Shown here in pieces: positions 25,718 to 37,936 of a stretch of DNA of 64,000 nt (positions are counted from its first letter, which is position 1; each line of letters opens with the position of its first letter). The position numbers were made by a program, and so were the translations under genes. This stretch comes from Neoconidiobolus thromboides FSU 785. Taxonomy: Eukaryota > Fungi > Entomophthoromycota. The stretch spans positions 1-64,000 of the forward strand of contig MU626292.1 of NCBI GenBank assembly GCA_025603075.1. Direction: 5' to 3'. The notes under the pieces were generated by a model that had not been told where the DNA came from, ran no database searches, and saw only the letters and a list, made by a program, of their open reading frames with translations.

Positions 25718-28700
25718 ATGGCTCATTTAACACGCTATTCACGAATACAATGGTCCTATCATGATAGTAACACTTTTATAGTATCTGGTTCGGATATTAG
25801 ACTATATAAATTAAATATGGAGGTACAGTGATTTAATATATCATTAAGTAGAATTTAAATACCAAACAATTTAGAATAAAATACAAAAACCAAGTTTTAA
25901 TTTAATAGCTATCAACACGGAAATACCTCAGATAAGAGTAATTTTCAATCTTAAAATTAAATACAACTATATTAATATTTTTTACAGTGTTATGATCAAA
26001 ATCGAGATCCATTGTATTCAGATTTATTAGCCATAGGACAAAGTAGTGGACGTATTAATCTCATCAAATTACAAAATATATATAGTATGGAAATGGAAGA
26101 GAATTGGCTTGGATATCAAAAAGAAAGTATAGTAAAAGGGTATCAAATTCGTAGTCCAAGAGCATGTAATGGGATTCAATTTAATCCTTATCAAAGTAAT
26201 TTATTAGCTTGTGGTTTGGACAAAATTAGAAACGATCATTCTTTATTGATTTATGATATTAATAAAGGAGGGAATACAAATGGAAATGGAAATGGAAATG
26301 GAAATGGAAATCAATCTGCTTATATATCACCAAAGGTAAGTTTTTTTTATTTATAAATTTATTTTCAATTTAAAATCTATCTTTTATTTTGACTTTTAGT
26401 TTAATCAACCTCAACCTAATCTACCTGAAGTAATGAGTGATTTAGCTACAATAAGATCTTTTTCGAATCATCGATTAAAAAATCAATATCAAAATGATAA
26501 TGATTTACCTTTGTATCAATTAGCTTCTTCAGAAGCAGTTCATTCTCTTGTTTGGAGTTTTAATAATAGTTTTGAATTAATTGCTGGCCTGGGTTTAAAA
26601 AGATTAAGGTTATACGATTTAAGAGGTAAATTTTATATAATAGTATCAATATTAATATATTAACATTATATAGAAAACAATAGTATTAATAATTCAGGAT
26701 CTATATTTAATACCAAATGTACTTATAATTTACAAATTGATCCGTTTAATTTTAATAATATATTAAGTCATAGTGATGATGGAAGTATCACAATCTATGA
26801 TTTAAGAAAAAACGATAAGCCAGTATTATTACAAGAAATGGAAGTTAAAAGTAAAACAATTCAATTAAATTATAATATTAATAAAAAAAATCAATTAAGT
26901 TTATTAAATTCAGATGAAAAATATATAAGATTAACAGATATATTAAATCAAGAAAACAATGAGTTAAGTATTTATCGTTGGAGAAGATCACCAAAACTGA
27001 GTAATAATCTATCTTGTTATTCTTGGTTACCTAAAGAATTAAATATAAATTGTAAATATGGAAATCAATTCTTAACTATAAACAAAGAGGGAGAATTCAA
27101 TTTAAATACAATTTATGACCCTATTATGTTTAGTTTAAGTCCATTTAATGACATCACTTTACAATTGGAACCGATTAAATTATCAACTCAAAATTCATTT
27201 AATAATAATAATAATAATAATAATAATATAAAGTTAAGTGATATAAATAATAATAGAAAAGAAATCAAGTTTAAAAGAATACTTCCATCACCTCATCCTA
27301 ATCAACTGAATGAAAAATCGAGTTTTAATTTTCAATTAATTAAAAATGAACCAGACATTACAATGACTATGTATGAAAGAATTAAATTAGGTTATGGATT
27401 GAATATCGAAAAAAATATTAATATTGTTAAAGAGCAGGATTTGAAGTATTTATGGAAATTTATACAAAGTAAGTTATGGTTATTATGAATATATTAACAA
27501 TATTGATAATGAACTTTTTGTTTTATTTTTAGAATTTTTAAGCTTTTATAAAAAAGGCAGCACTAAAATAGAAAATCAAGAATATTTATTTCATTCTTTA
27601 AGTAAAATATTATTATTAAATCAACAAAGTAAAATTCATTTATTAGTATTTATCTGATATTATTAATAATTTATTTTAGCTAATCATAATAAAAAAAATT
27701 CATCAAGTTCTATAAATTCAAGGACACAAAGTAACGAACGAGTGATGAAATCTCCGCCATCAAAAAAAGAAAATTTGAGCTTAAATTATCGTCAAGCTTT
27801 ATGTTTAGAATTATTTAATCCATATGATTTACCTTTTTTTCAAGATTTATTTCAAGGGGTTAAATTAAATTTAGAAAATATTAATACTATTATTAATAAG
27901 TAAGTTGAATATTTTTATTGTAATAATAATAGTTTATTTATTTGTTATTTTAGTTTGGAAAAAAACCTGGAATATGGAAAAGCAGCAATATTAAGTTTTA
28001 TTATGATAGGAATTGAAAAAACAATACAAGTATTAAAAGATTCTAATATTGATAATTATCAATGGTTAGCATTAACATTATCTAATAATATAGGCAATAA
28101 TAATAATTGGAAAGAATCATTAGTCATATTATTAAATAAGATAACTGATAAAAAAATTCAAGTGTTATTAAATTATTTTATAAATCGAGACTATAAATTA
28201 ATAGTGGAGCATCCAGGTTTAGATTTTTACGAAAAAATGTTACTAGCTATTAAAGTATTATCGGATGAAGATTTAAAAGCATTTTTAGATAAGTATTCTA
28301 AACAATTAATTAAACTTGGGGATTTAAAAGGGTTATATTTATTAGGATTTTATACAAATAATACTTTGTTATTATATAATAATTATTTAGATTTAACTCA
28401 TGATATACAAACCGTGGCATTGCTATCTAGTTATACTCAACTATCACCTTCAGCAAATCAAAAGTTGATATCTCAATCCTCAATATGGTATAATAATTAT
28501 AAGTCAATATTACAAAATTGGAAATTTTATACTCAAAAATGTCAATTAGATGTACTAAAATCCAGATTAATTTCTAATAAAACAAATAATCCTCAAATAT
28601 TAGTAAGATGTAATTTCTGTAATTTAAGTATCTCTGGTCAAGGCTTATTAACAGGAAATAATGCAAACAAACATCGGAGTAATCGATCATTACCTATATC

Positions 28701-29048
28701 TTCAGGCACTAATACACCACCATTGACAAATCCAAGCAATGTTAGTAATTTATCTTTGGGAAATAAAGTAAGTTTTTGTGTTTTTGTATATTTTGATAAT
28801 ATCTAAGTTAATAATTTATTTAATAACTTTAATAAAAGTCGATTGCATGTCCAAATTGTAAAAAAGCATTACCACGTTGTTCATTATGTCGATTATATTT
28901 AGGTTCAGCACCAGATTCTTTATCTTCTCCCTTTTTTTCAACTGTACCACAAACAAATACACCATTATTAAATCAAGGTAATATCTAATTAATTTTAATA
29001 TATATTTATAATTTGAATTATTAAATTCAATCTCTTAATTTTTACATA

Positions 29049-29079
<31 letters not shown>

Positions 29080-29258
29080 TAGATAATGATAACAATAATG
29101 ATAATAATAGTAGTACTCAATTACATAATTATTATTATTCCTTTTCTTGGTGTATGTCTTGTCGTCATGGAGGACATACAATTCATTTACAATCTTGGTT
29201 TTCTTCTCATGATTTGTGTCCAGTGTCTGATTGTAATTGTCTGTGTAATTCGATTTAA
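25718..29258 (+). CDS. SEA4: GATOR2/SEA complex subunit MIOS/Sea4 (WD40 plus C-terminal zinc/RING), multi-exon
   Basis: [105 protein letters not shown]. Confidence 0.88.
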
Positions 29259-29701
29259 AATTGAAGTAAAATTAACGTTAAAAGTTATTTTTAAAGAGTT
29301 GAGGTATTAATTTAAGATTTGGATTCTAAGATTTTTAGTGAGTCGATAGTGAAGAGACTATTGTTGCAGTTTACAATGATATTGTGAGCACTTTTTTCAT
29401 GTGGTTAATAAAAGAGAGATTGATATTTTTGTAAATATAATAATGAATTTCGTATTTTTATTAATTATAAATAGTATGTTTTTATTTTGTATAAATTATC
29501 GATTCTAGAAATAGTAGAATAATAGAAATAGAATCTGTTCTCAATTTACTTTGAAAAATATTTGATATTGGGATTGTCTATTAAATTTTGTTAGCTTAAA
29601 TATTGCAAATGATCAAAAACATGAACTTAAATCTTTAAAAAAATCAAAATAAAATTTTGATTTCATTTTTGTTTAATCTTCTCTCAACTTTATAATTATT
29701 C

Positions 29702-30595
29702 AATGGTAAAACCAACACAATAATAAAAATAATCTCCCAATAGCTAATCCTTTATTCAGTCTTATTTTTTACCTCATTTAACCAATGGTAAATTTAGATT
29801 ATTAATTGATTTTTTAATAATAAATTAATCTTCCATTAAAGGTTGGCAAGTAGATCAAGCTATATTATCCGAAGAAGAACGAGTGGTGGTTATACGATTT
29901 GGACATGATTGGGTAAGTATTGATAATGTTATTATTCATTCTTTTATTTCAAATTTTTTATTAACTAACATTTCAAATTTAAAACAAATAATTTATTAAT
30001 TTAATTTAATTTTGTTAATATTAGGATCCAACATGTATGAAAATGGATGAAGTGTTATATTCCGCTGCTGAAAAGTTAAAGAATTTCTGTGTCATGTATT
30101 TGGTGAGTGAGTTTTTCTAAAATAATAATAATAATAAATTAATAATGAACTTTTTATAAACTTAATGATTCACTTAATCAATATTAATATTAAATTAATT
30201 TTATAGGTGGATATAACTGAAGTGCCTGATTTTAATCGAGTAAGTTTTATTTTAAAACAAAATGAAACAAATTCATATTTTATCATATATACTAATTCCT
30301 TCTCTTTTAGATGTATGAGTTGTATGATCCTTGTACTGTCATGTTTTTTTATCGAAATAAACATATAATGATTGATTTGGGTACTGGAAATAATAATAAA
30401 ATTAATTGGGCTTTAGATAATAAACAAGAGTTAATTGATTTAGTGGAAACCGTTTATAGAGGAGCCAGGAAGGGTAAGATTTGTTTTTATTATTGTTTTT
30501 TTATAAATGGAATACTAATAAACAAATATTGATTTTTATCAGGCCGTGGTTTAGTTGTATCACCAAAAGATTATTCAACAAAGTATAAATATTAA
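29702..30595 (+). CDS. DIB1: Spliceosomal U5 snRNP protein Dim1/TXNL4A; 7 exons, first exon ATG only
   Basis: M|SYFLPHLTN|GWQVDQAILSEEERVVVIRFGHDW|DPTCMKMDE...MYELYDPCTVMFFYRNKHIMIDLGTGNNNKINWA...GRGLVVSPKDYSTKYKY. Confidence 0.95.
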
Positions 30596-30731
30596 GCAAG
30601 TTGATTATAATAAAAGTTTATATATCTATTTTATTTAAACCATTTATTAATAATTAAATAAGTTAAATTAAAAAAATACTCATTTTTAAATCAAATATTT
30701 TATTTTATGTTAAAAAACTGAAGTTTTTAAT

Positions 30732-32072
30732 TTATTCCATTGAACTAGGTCTTTGATGAGGATAAGAACCCAACACTTTAATATCCACACAATATTTGCT
30801 CAATTCGTTTAAAGCATCCTTAACTTTAGGATTATTACAATGACCTACAAATTCCACGAAGAAAATATAATTCCAAGGAGCTAATTTTTGTGGTGCTGGA
30901 CGAGTATCAATTTTAGTTAAATTAAGTTCATAATCTTTAAATACTTTTAAGCCATCACATAAAGCACCTGGAATTCGATGATCTACAGTAAAGGATACAA
31001 AGGTACGATCATCACCTGTTTCATCAACTATAGATTTACCAATGACAACGAATTTAGTGAAGTTATCTATTTAAATTTATTAATATTGAATGAAATGATA
31101 TTTTGTTATTAGTAAAATACTTACATTTATTATCAGCAACATTCTCATTTAATATAGGTAAATCATAAATTTTAGAACATAATGGTGAACAAATAGCAGC
31201 TGAATACATTTCTGTAGAGGCCAATTCAGCTGCTCTAGCTGTGGATTCCACATTCACTCTTTCCACATGTGGGTAATGGAGATCCAACCAATTACTACAT
31301 TGTGAAAAGGCCACTCTATGAGAATAAATTCTTTTGATACCGCTTTTTTGAAAGTGAGATAATAAAGCTTGATTAATCTAAAATAATATAGAAAAATAAT
31401 TTGTTATTAAGAACAAATAAAACATATTATCTAAAAAGCTTACTGGTAGATAAACTTCCGCTCGAATTTGAGCTAATCGAAACTCTACAAATGGATCTAA
31501 GTTTTCAATCACGGTACCAGTAGTTGAGTTTTCAAATGGTATAACACCATAAGTAATACTTCCCTCTTCAACCGCCGAAAAAATAGCTCTTATATTTTTA
31601 ATTGGTGTATAACCAACAGAATCACCAAAACGCTCTTTAGCAGCTTGATGGGTAAAAGTGCCACTTGGACCTAAGAAACCAATAGTAACTTCTTTTTGTA
31701 ATGAAATAGAAGCAGACATGATTTCTCTGTAAATACTACGTAAGGCTTCTTCATTCAAAGGACCGTTGTTGAGGGACTCTATCTAAAATGGAAGTTAGAG
31801 GGAAAAGTAAAATATTTGAAAAATTCAATTACCCTTTCAAATACTTTTTTTTCTTGACCTGGAAAATAAATTTCAGTAGATTGGGCATCACTAATGGATT
31901 TATTTTTAAATCAAATAAACTAAATACAATCTTCAAATGAAATTTACCTATTATTAGCTTTTTTAGCTTCACCAATAGCTTGAGAAATTGAAGCCCTTTC
32001 ATTTAATAAAGCAACAAGCTGACTGTCAACTGCACTCACCTTATGACGCAAATTATTTAAATCTTCACTCAT
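30732..32072 (-). CDS. PHA2: Bifunctional chorismate mutase (AroQ) / prephenate dehydratase with ACT domain (P-protein, PheA-like), multi-exon
   Basis: N-terminus MSEDLNNLRHKVSAVDSQLVALLNERASISQAIGEAKK (AroQ); then IYREIMSASISLQ, FLGPSGTFTHQAA, GVIPFENST, AFSQCSNWL, NKCRFVVIG (intron-split), LTKIDTRP, LGSYP. Confidence 0.88.
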
Positions 32073-32686
32073 GTTTTATTTTGTTTAGTTAGCTATTTTA
32101 TTGATAAAAGATTACTAACTTGAATACTTTTCTACGATTTTTATACATTTGAAATTTCAATGATTACTCATCCTTAGTCTTCTATTTCTAGGGATAAAAT
32201 GAACTATTTTTAGTAATATGACGAGAACTTCAGTGAATTAATGAGATAAATTGATCCTGAAATATCTTAAAATTAATGCAAGTTTTAGAAAAAATAATAA
32301 AACTTGATAATTTAATAATAAAGTTTGAATATTAGAATTCCAAGTATCCTTCTTTGATAACTTAAAAGTATAATTTAGTTTTTGTTTGTTCTATAAAACC
32401 AAAGTTTGATGTAATGAAATTAAATCAAGAAAGAGTGTTTATTATTAGCAATTATTTTTGAAATCAAGAAATTAATTTATTAATAAGTCTAAAAACTCAT
32501 ATATAAAAGTAGAACGCAACTTAAATCTTTGTATTTTGATTATTAAATTAATAGATAATTCATAGTCTATGAATCTAAAATGTCTATTCTACTAATTCAA
32601 ATCCTGTTTATAAAGAATTTTATTTTTGTTTACTTTTTACATAATATAAAACTTTAAACTTTTAAAAACAATAAAATGTCTTCTTT

Positions 32687-32777
32687 AAGGATGTTTTTTG
32701 TTTCATTTATTTTTCCTATTTTTAACTGCTATTAAGTGGAAAAGTAGTTATTAGAATTTATAAACAAAAGATATGTT
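32687..32777 (+). mobile_element. MITE family copy, degenerate
   Basis: ggatgttttttgtttcatt...tttttaactgctattaagtggaaaag...agaatt is co-linear with the consensus. Confidence 0.6.
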
Positions 32778-32921
32778 TATACCTTGAAACTTTAATCTGC
32801 CTAAAAATTTGAAAAAATAAATTCAAAAAACTGTTTGTATATTTGATTATTTTTATTATTTTAAAATTAGAAAACAACAAACTTTTATTAGTATTTTTTA
32901 TTTTTATTAAAAACAGAATAT

Positions 32922-32980
32922 GGGATGTATTTTTGTACTTAAGAAATGGAAAAAATGATAAAACTAAAAAAAACATCTCT
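32922..32980 (-). mobile_element. MITE family copy, internally deleted
   Basis: ATAT|GGGATGTATTTTTGTACTTAAGAA-ATGGAAAAAATGATAAAAC...ACATCTCT|ATAT. Confidence 0.7.
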
Positions 32981-33117
32981 ATATACTTACTGTCAAAGAT
33001 GTATTATTATTTTACAACAATAAATAAAGAGCTTTTAAAAGTATGATAGAAATTGTTATTACCAATCATCACTTTTAAACCTAATAATAGAATTTAATAA
33101 TTTTAGGCATAACATTT

Positions 33118-33210
33118 GGGGGGTATTTTTTTTGGTTTCATCACTTTCTATTTTTAAACACTGTTTGAGTGGAAAGGCTGTTAGTAAAATTCTTAAAAAA
33201 ATACATCCCT
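33118..33210 (+). mobile_element. MITE family copy
   Basis: GGGGGGTATTTTT...GTTTGAGTGGAAAGGCTGTTAGTAAAATTCTTAAA...ACATCCCT. Confidence 0.8.
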
Positions 33211-34195
33211 ATATTAATTTTGACTTTTTTCATTTTTTATATTTGATATTCTATTATTAACTCAAAATGAATATAAACTAATAAAAGAATTCATAATATC
33301 ACATTTTTAATAAATAAAAGGGTTGAAACAACTTTGATATTAAAAAGCCCTATTTTAAATGAACTAATATTGCTTTATTGTTTTCATGATATATATAGTT
33401 CAATAAAATTTAAGATTTTGTTTTTTTCGATATTTGGTATGATTTGTTCTTATTATAAAACTAATACTGAAAATGAATTAAATAGCTTTATTTAATAAAG
33501 AAAATTATATATTGGAGTTATAGATAACCTAATTTATTTATATTATCAACATTAAATCGATTTTATATTACTCGATTTTTTATATTATAGTTTTAATTAT
33601 AAATAATAGCTACAATGAATACTACATATAAACCTGCAAAATTATTAAATGATATTATAACTGATTTTTTAGTGCCTTTTTTGAAAAATATCAATAAATA
33701 TTAAAGATATAAATGAAAACTCAATAATGGAAATAAACAATATAAAATAAACCAAATGGAGTTTATGGGCATAGTAGAGAATTACAAAGCTACTGAAGAT
33801 CAAAAATAAAAAACAAGCATAATAACTTTAATTTCAAACAAAGTATTGAAATTCAAATAACTTTATGAAAATAGGAGTAATAAAAATTATCTAATATTAA
33901 CTTTTATTTTAATAGTTGACTAAATAAAGTAATTTCCAGTAAGATTCAATTTGGATGTGTGGTTAAATTATTTTAAACCCCGCCAAAAACTGAAAATTTT
34001 AGTCCAATTTAATTTTAAACTCAACTGGATCAAACATTATGAAACCAGAAATGAATACAGCATAAAATTTCATCTCATTTAATATTCAATGTAAAACGTA
34101 GCACCATATAAATACATTTCTAACTTTTAACTTTAACTTTAACATTATATTCAATTACATTTTAGACTTTAGATTTTAATTATTCAATATACAAT

Positions 34196-34891
34196 ATGGC
34201 CGTGATAAGTTTATTAAAAATGGTAAAAAACCGAGTAGGTTTAAGTACCAAACGAGATACATTTTTAGATGGTATGACCTTAATGGACATTCATAAGAAA
34301 CCAGTGAAACTTAATTTATTATGGAAAAAGAACACGGTGATATTAAAAATATTACGACGATTAGGGTGTCCAATGACACGTTATGAATGTAAACTGTTAA
34401 CCTTATTAAAACCTCATTTTGATAAAATTGGGGTACGTTTGGTAGCTATTACATTCGAAGAAAAAGAATGTCAAAATTTTTTATTTGGTGGCTTTTGGCA
34501 AGGAGATTTATTGGTGGATAAAGATCGAGTTTCATATCGTGCATTGGGATTAAATAAACAATCCGCTTTAGTTGGTTTATCCGACCTTTTTACTTCCAGT
34601 GGTAGAACAGCAATGAAAGCAGCTAAAGAAGCTAATATTCAAGGTGATTTTAAAGGGGATGGATTTCAATTAGGAGGTACTTTTATTGTTAAAAAAGGGG
34701 GTGGGGTTGTCTACGAGTTTCGTCAAAATTCAAGCTCAGTATTCCCTTCAATTAAAGAAATTTATTCAATCGTTGGTGGTAACCCGGATGATGTGGAGGA
34801 AATTGCACCTTTAGAATGCGTGTTTCATCAAGGTTCTAAACAGAAAGTTAGTACCTCAAAGGACGACGAATGGTTATTTAATTTAGCTTGA
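34196..34891 (+). CDS. Peroxiredoxin-like 2 family (PRXL2/FAM213, AhpC-TSA_2) redoxin, intronless
   Basis: LRRLGCPMTRYE, GVRLVAI, SYRALGL, IQGDFKGDGFQLGGTFIV. Confidence 0.85.
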   Translation: MAVISLLKMVKNRVGLSTKRDTFLDGMTLMDIHKKPVKLNLLWKKNTVILKILRRLGCPMTRYECKLLTLLKPHFDKIGVRLVAITFEEKECQNFLFGGFWQGDLLVDKDRVSYRALGLNKQSALVGLSDLFTSSGRTAMKAAKEANIQGDFKGDGFQLGGTFIVKKGGGVVYEFRQNSSSVFPSIKEIYSIVGGNPDDVEEIAPLECVFHQGSKQKVSTSKDDEWLFNLA

Positions 34892-36196
34892 TTTTTTTTC
34901 TATTGTTCATAGAATGTATCCCTATTTTTTTTACTCATAAAGATATAAATTTAGACTATTTAAAATTGATTGCTTTTGATTTGAAATTTAAAGTGAATAA
35001 GTTTAGATATATTTTAATTATATTATTTGATTAATCATCTTACTCTGTAATATAATAAATATGTTGAAATCAAAAAAAATTACATTTCAAGTAAATTTAA
35101 ATAAATTGAATACAGATATTAATAAAGTAAATAGGATAAATGAATATAAATAAATAAAATGATCCGAAACTTAAAAATTCAAAATATACGAATAATTTCA
35201 TTATGCCTTCAATACAATTATTAATGTGTGAACACTAGATGAAATGTTTTAATTTGTATTTATTTATATGTAGAATGAATATAACTTGAATGAGCAATGA
35301 TCTTTATTTTCAACTGATTAGTTTAATAAACTTGATACTATTTTCATTAATCAAATTAATACAATGCAACTTAATCTTTATATTTCTAAATTATAATAAA
35401 CGTTAAAAAGTTCAATAATTCAAAACTTGTGCTTAAGACTATAACCAACCCCTGTTTAAAATTTTACTTAATAAATTTGATTTTTTATATAAGTTTATTA
35501 TTGTTAATAAATTATAGAGCAATTTAAACTTAGCAACTTATATAATAATATTCACTTAAATAAATCCCTCATTATAGCCATAGTAGAACTCATAATATCA
35601 ATTAGAATTAGAGTATAAAAGGTAAATGTTTGATATTACACTTCGCTTTTAAATGAACGGATAAAACTCAATATTTTTAAAAATCAAATTATCATCCAAG
35701 TAAACATGTACTTTTAAAAAGGGTCTAGGTTTTCAAATGATTAGAGAAGATAGATACTAATATAAGTAAAATAACAATCAACTAAAGTAAAATAAGATAT
35801 ATTTTAAAATAATGTTTAATAAGCTATCATATTAAATAGAGAAAACAGGCTAAACTTGAGTAATAAATCTTGGAAGAATAGTAATGGATGTTATGATGGC
35901 TATTAACCTATTCTTTGTCTTAAGAAGCCTTAATCGTAGAATTGAAAGTGAGGTATTTTAGCTAATCTTTGATTTTATTTTAAAATGTACTAATAAAGCC
36001 CATTCTTGATTAAACAATAACCAATGGCTTATTAATTATTTATGTAATTTTTTTAATACGCTTAAATTCAAATTATTTTATTATTATTAGTATCCATTCT
36101 ATAATATATATTATAAATAATGAATGAATGTAGGTATAAATACTCCTTCAAACCTCTTCATTTCATTATTAGATTTTATTTATTCTTATTTAGACT

Positions 36197-37936
36197 ATGA
36201 AACTTTTATCCTCTTTACTATTATTACCTTGTTTAGTCCTTAGTAGTATCGTTAAGCAAGAGTGGACCTTAACAGAAGCCAAAATTGCACCAGACAACTA
36301 TGTAGTTGATGGTGTTTTAATCAATGGTAACTTCCCTGGTCCACAGATCAATGCAGTTGCTGGAGACTCAATTGAAGTATTAGTACACAACAACTTACAT
36401 AAGAATGTGACCATCCATTGGCATGGAATCACCCAAAAAGGTAGTGTCAAAGCTGATGGAGTACCTTTCATTACTCAAGCACCAATTGCAGCAGGGGCAT
36501 CTTTTACTTATAAATTTAATTTGTATGACCAATCGGGTACTTATTGGTATCATGCTCACACCGACATGGACGCTGAACATATTTATGGGGCATTGATTAT
36601 TAAGGATAAACCAGAGATCTGGGCAGATGTAGTTAAATTTAACCCAAAATATCAATACGATGAAGAATTAACCATTTTATTATCTGAAAGATGGCATAAA
36701 ACTACTGAAGAATTGATTTATGGATTAAATAATCAACCTTTTAAATTTAGTAATCAATCTCAAAGTATATTAACAAATGGAAGAACTTATCAAAAATGGG
36801 ATAATAATTTGAATGGTGGCACTCAAGCCGATTTAAATCGATTCAATTATGGCTTCAGTGTTACTAATGTTAAGCCAAATAAAACGTATAGAATAAGATT
36901 GATTGCTGGAAATGGATATTCTTTATTTACTTTTAATGTTGACAAGCACAACTTAACAATCATTGAAGCTGAAGGTACCATTGTTGACCCAATAGATGTA
37001 GACAGAATGGAATTAAGCAGTGGTCAACGATATTCGGTATTATTAAAAACAAATCAAAACGTTGATAACTATTATATGTATACTCAAGTAAGTGATGAAT
37101 TACGTCCTGAAGCTCGTAAACCAGTAGCCAAAAATGGGGTTGCTATTTTACATTATGATGGTGCTAGCCCTGTTGATCCTTTAATTCGAGCCGACAAACA
37201 AGTACCCGGATTACAATATGAATACTCTCATTGGGTAGAATCTCAACTTTTTACTTCTCAATGGTATAATAAAGGCTTATCAAGTCATTATTACCCAGTC
37301 CCTAAGAAAGTGAATAAGGAAATTAACCTTATTGTTACCTTAAGAAAGCCAGGAAATTTATCTAGATGGTTTGTTAATGACGTTGAAAATACCCCAAGAT
37401 CTACTGTTTTGATTGATGATATGGAAGCTGGAAGATATCAACCAACTCAGGGTATTTATGAAATCAATGAGGGCGATGATGTCCAACTCATTGTTCAACA
37501 TACTATGCCAACCGGCAAAGCATGTGAAGTTCATCCATGGCATTTACATGGCCATTCATTTTATGTAGTTGGTCATGGTAACGGTTTTTATAATCCATCA
37601 GTTGATGGACAAAAGATTGATGACTATTTAGCAACAACTAAAAATCTACCAGTTTTAAGAGATACTTATAGTCAATTTATTACTGATATTCCTGAAGTTG
37701 GAAAAAAATTGAATCAAACAAATTCAAGACTTGGCCCACTTAATATCCATGAAGATATGTTTTCTGGGTTAAAAGAATTAAAGGATAAATCCCTTAATGC
37801 AGATGATTTACCCTGTGGTTGGTATGCTATTCGTTTTAAGGCTAACAATCCAGGCTCTTGGTATATGCATTGCCATATGTCCCCACATATCATTATGGGC
37901 AAGGTGGTTGTCATCAACTATGTACCTAAGAAATAA
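36197..37936 (+). CDS. Secreted three-domain multicopper oxidase (laccase/ascorbate-oxidase-like, AA1), intronless
   Basis: Signal peptide, INGNFPGP, HWHG, GTYWYHAH, HPWHLHGH, NPGSWYMHCHMSPH. There is no C-terminal TM helix, so it is not Fet3. Confidence 0.95.
   Translation: MKLLSSLLLLPCLVLSSIVKQEWTLTEAKIAPDNYVVDGVLINGNFPGPQINAVAGDSIEVLVHNNLHKNVTIHWHGITQKGSVKADGVPFITQAPIAAGASFTYKFNLYDQSGTYWYHAHTDMDAEHIYGALIIKDKPEIWADVVKFNPKYQYDEELTILLSERWHKTTEELIYGLNNQPFKFSNQSQSILTNGRTYQKWDNNLNGGTQADLNRFNYGFSVTNVKPNKTYRIRLIAGNGYSLFTFNVDKHNLTIIEAEGTIVDPIDVDRMELSSGQRYSVLLKTNQNVDNYYMYTQVSDELRPEARKPVAKNGVAILHYDGASPVDPLIRADKQVPGLQYEYSHWVESQLFTSQWYNKGLSSHYYPVPKKVNKEINLIVTLRKPGNLSRWFVNDVENTPRSTVLIDDMEAGRYQPTQGIYEINEGDDVQLIVQHTMPTGKACEVHPWHLHGHSFYVVGHGNGFYNPSVDGQKIDDYLATTKNLPVLRDTYSQFITDIPEVGKKLNQTNSRLGPLNIHEDMFSGLKELKDKSLNADDLPCGWYAIRFKANNPGSWYMHCHMSPHIIMGKVVVINYVPKK

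Noticed and set aside
26279-29110. (AATGGA)n and (AAT)n tracts in SEA4
   Set aside because: Ordinary Asn/Gly-Asn low-complexity microsatellites typical of AT-rich genomes.
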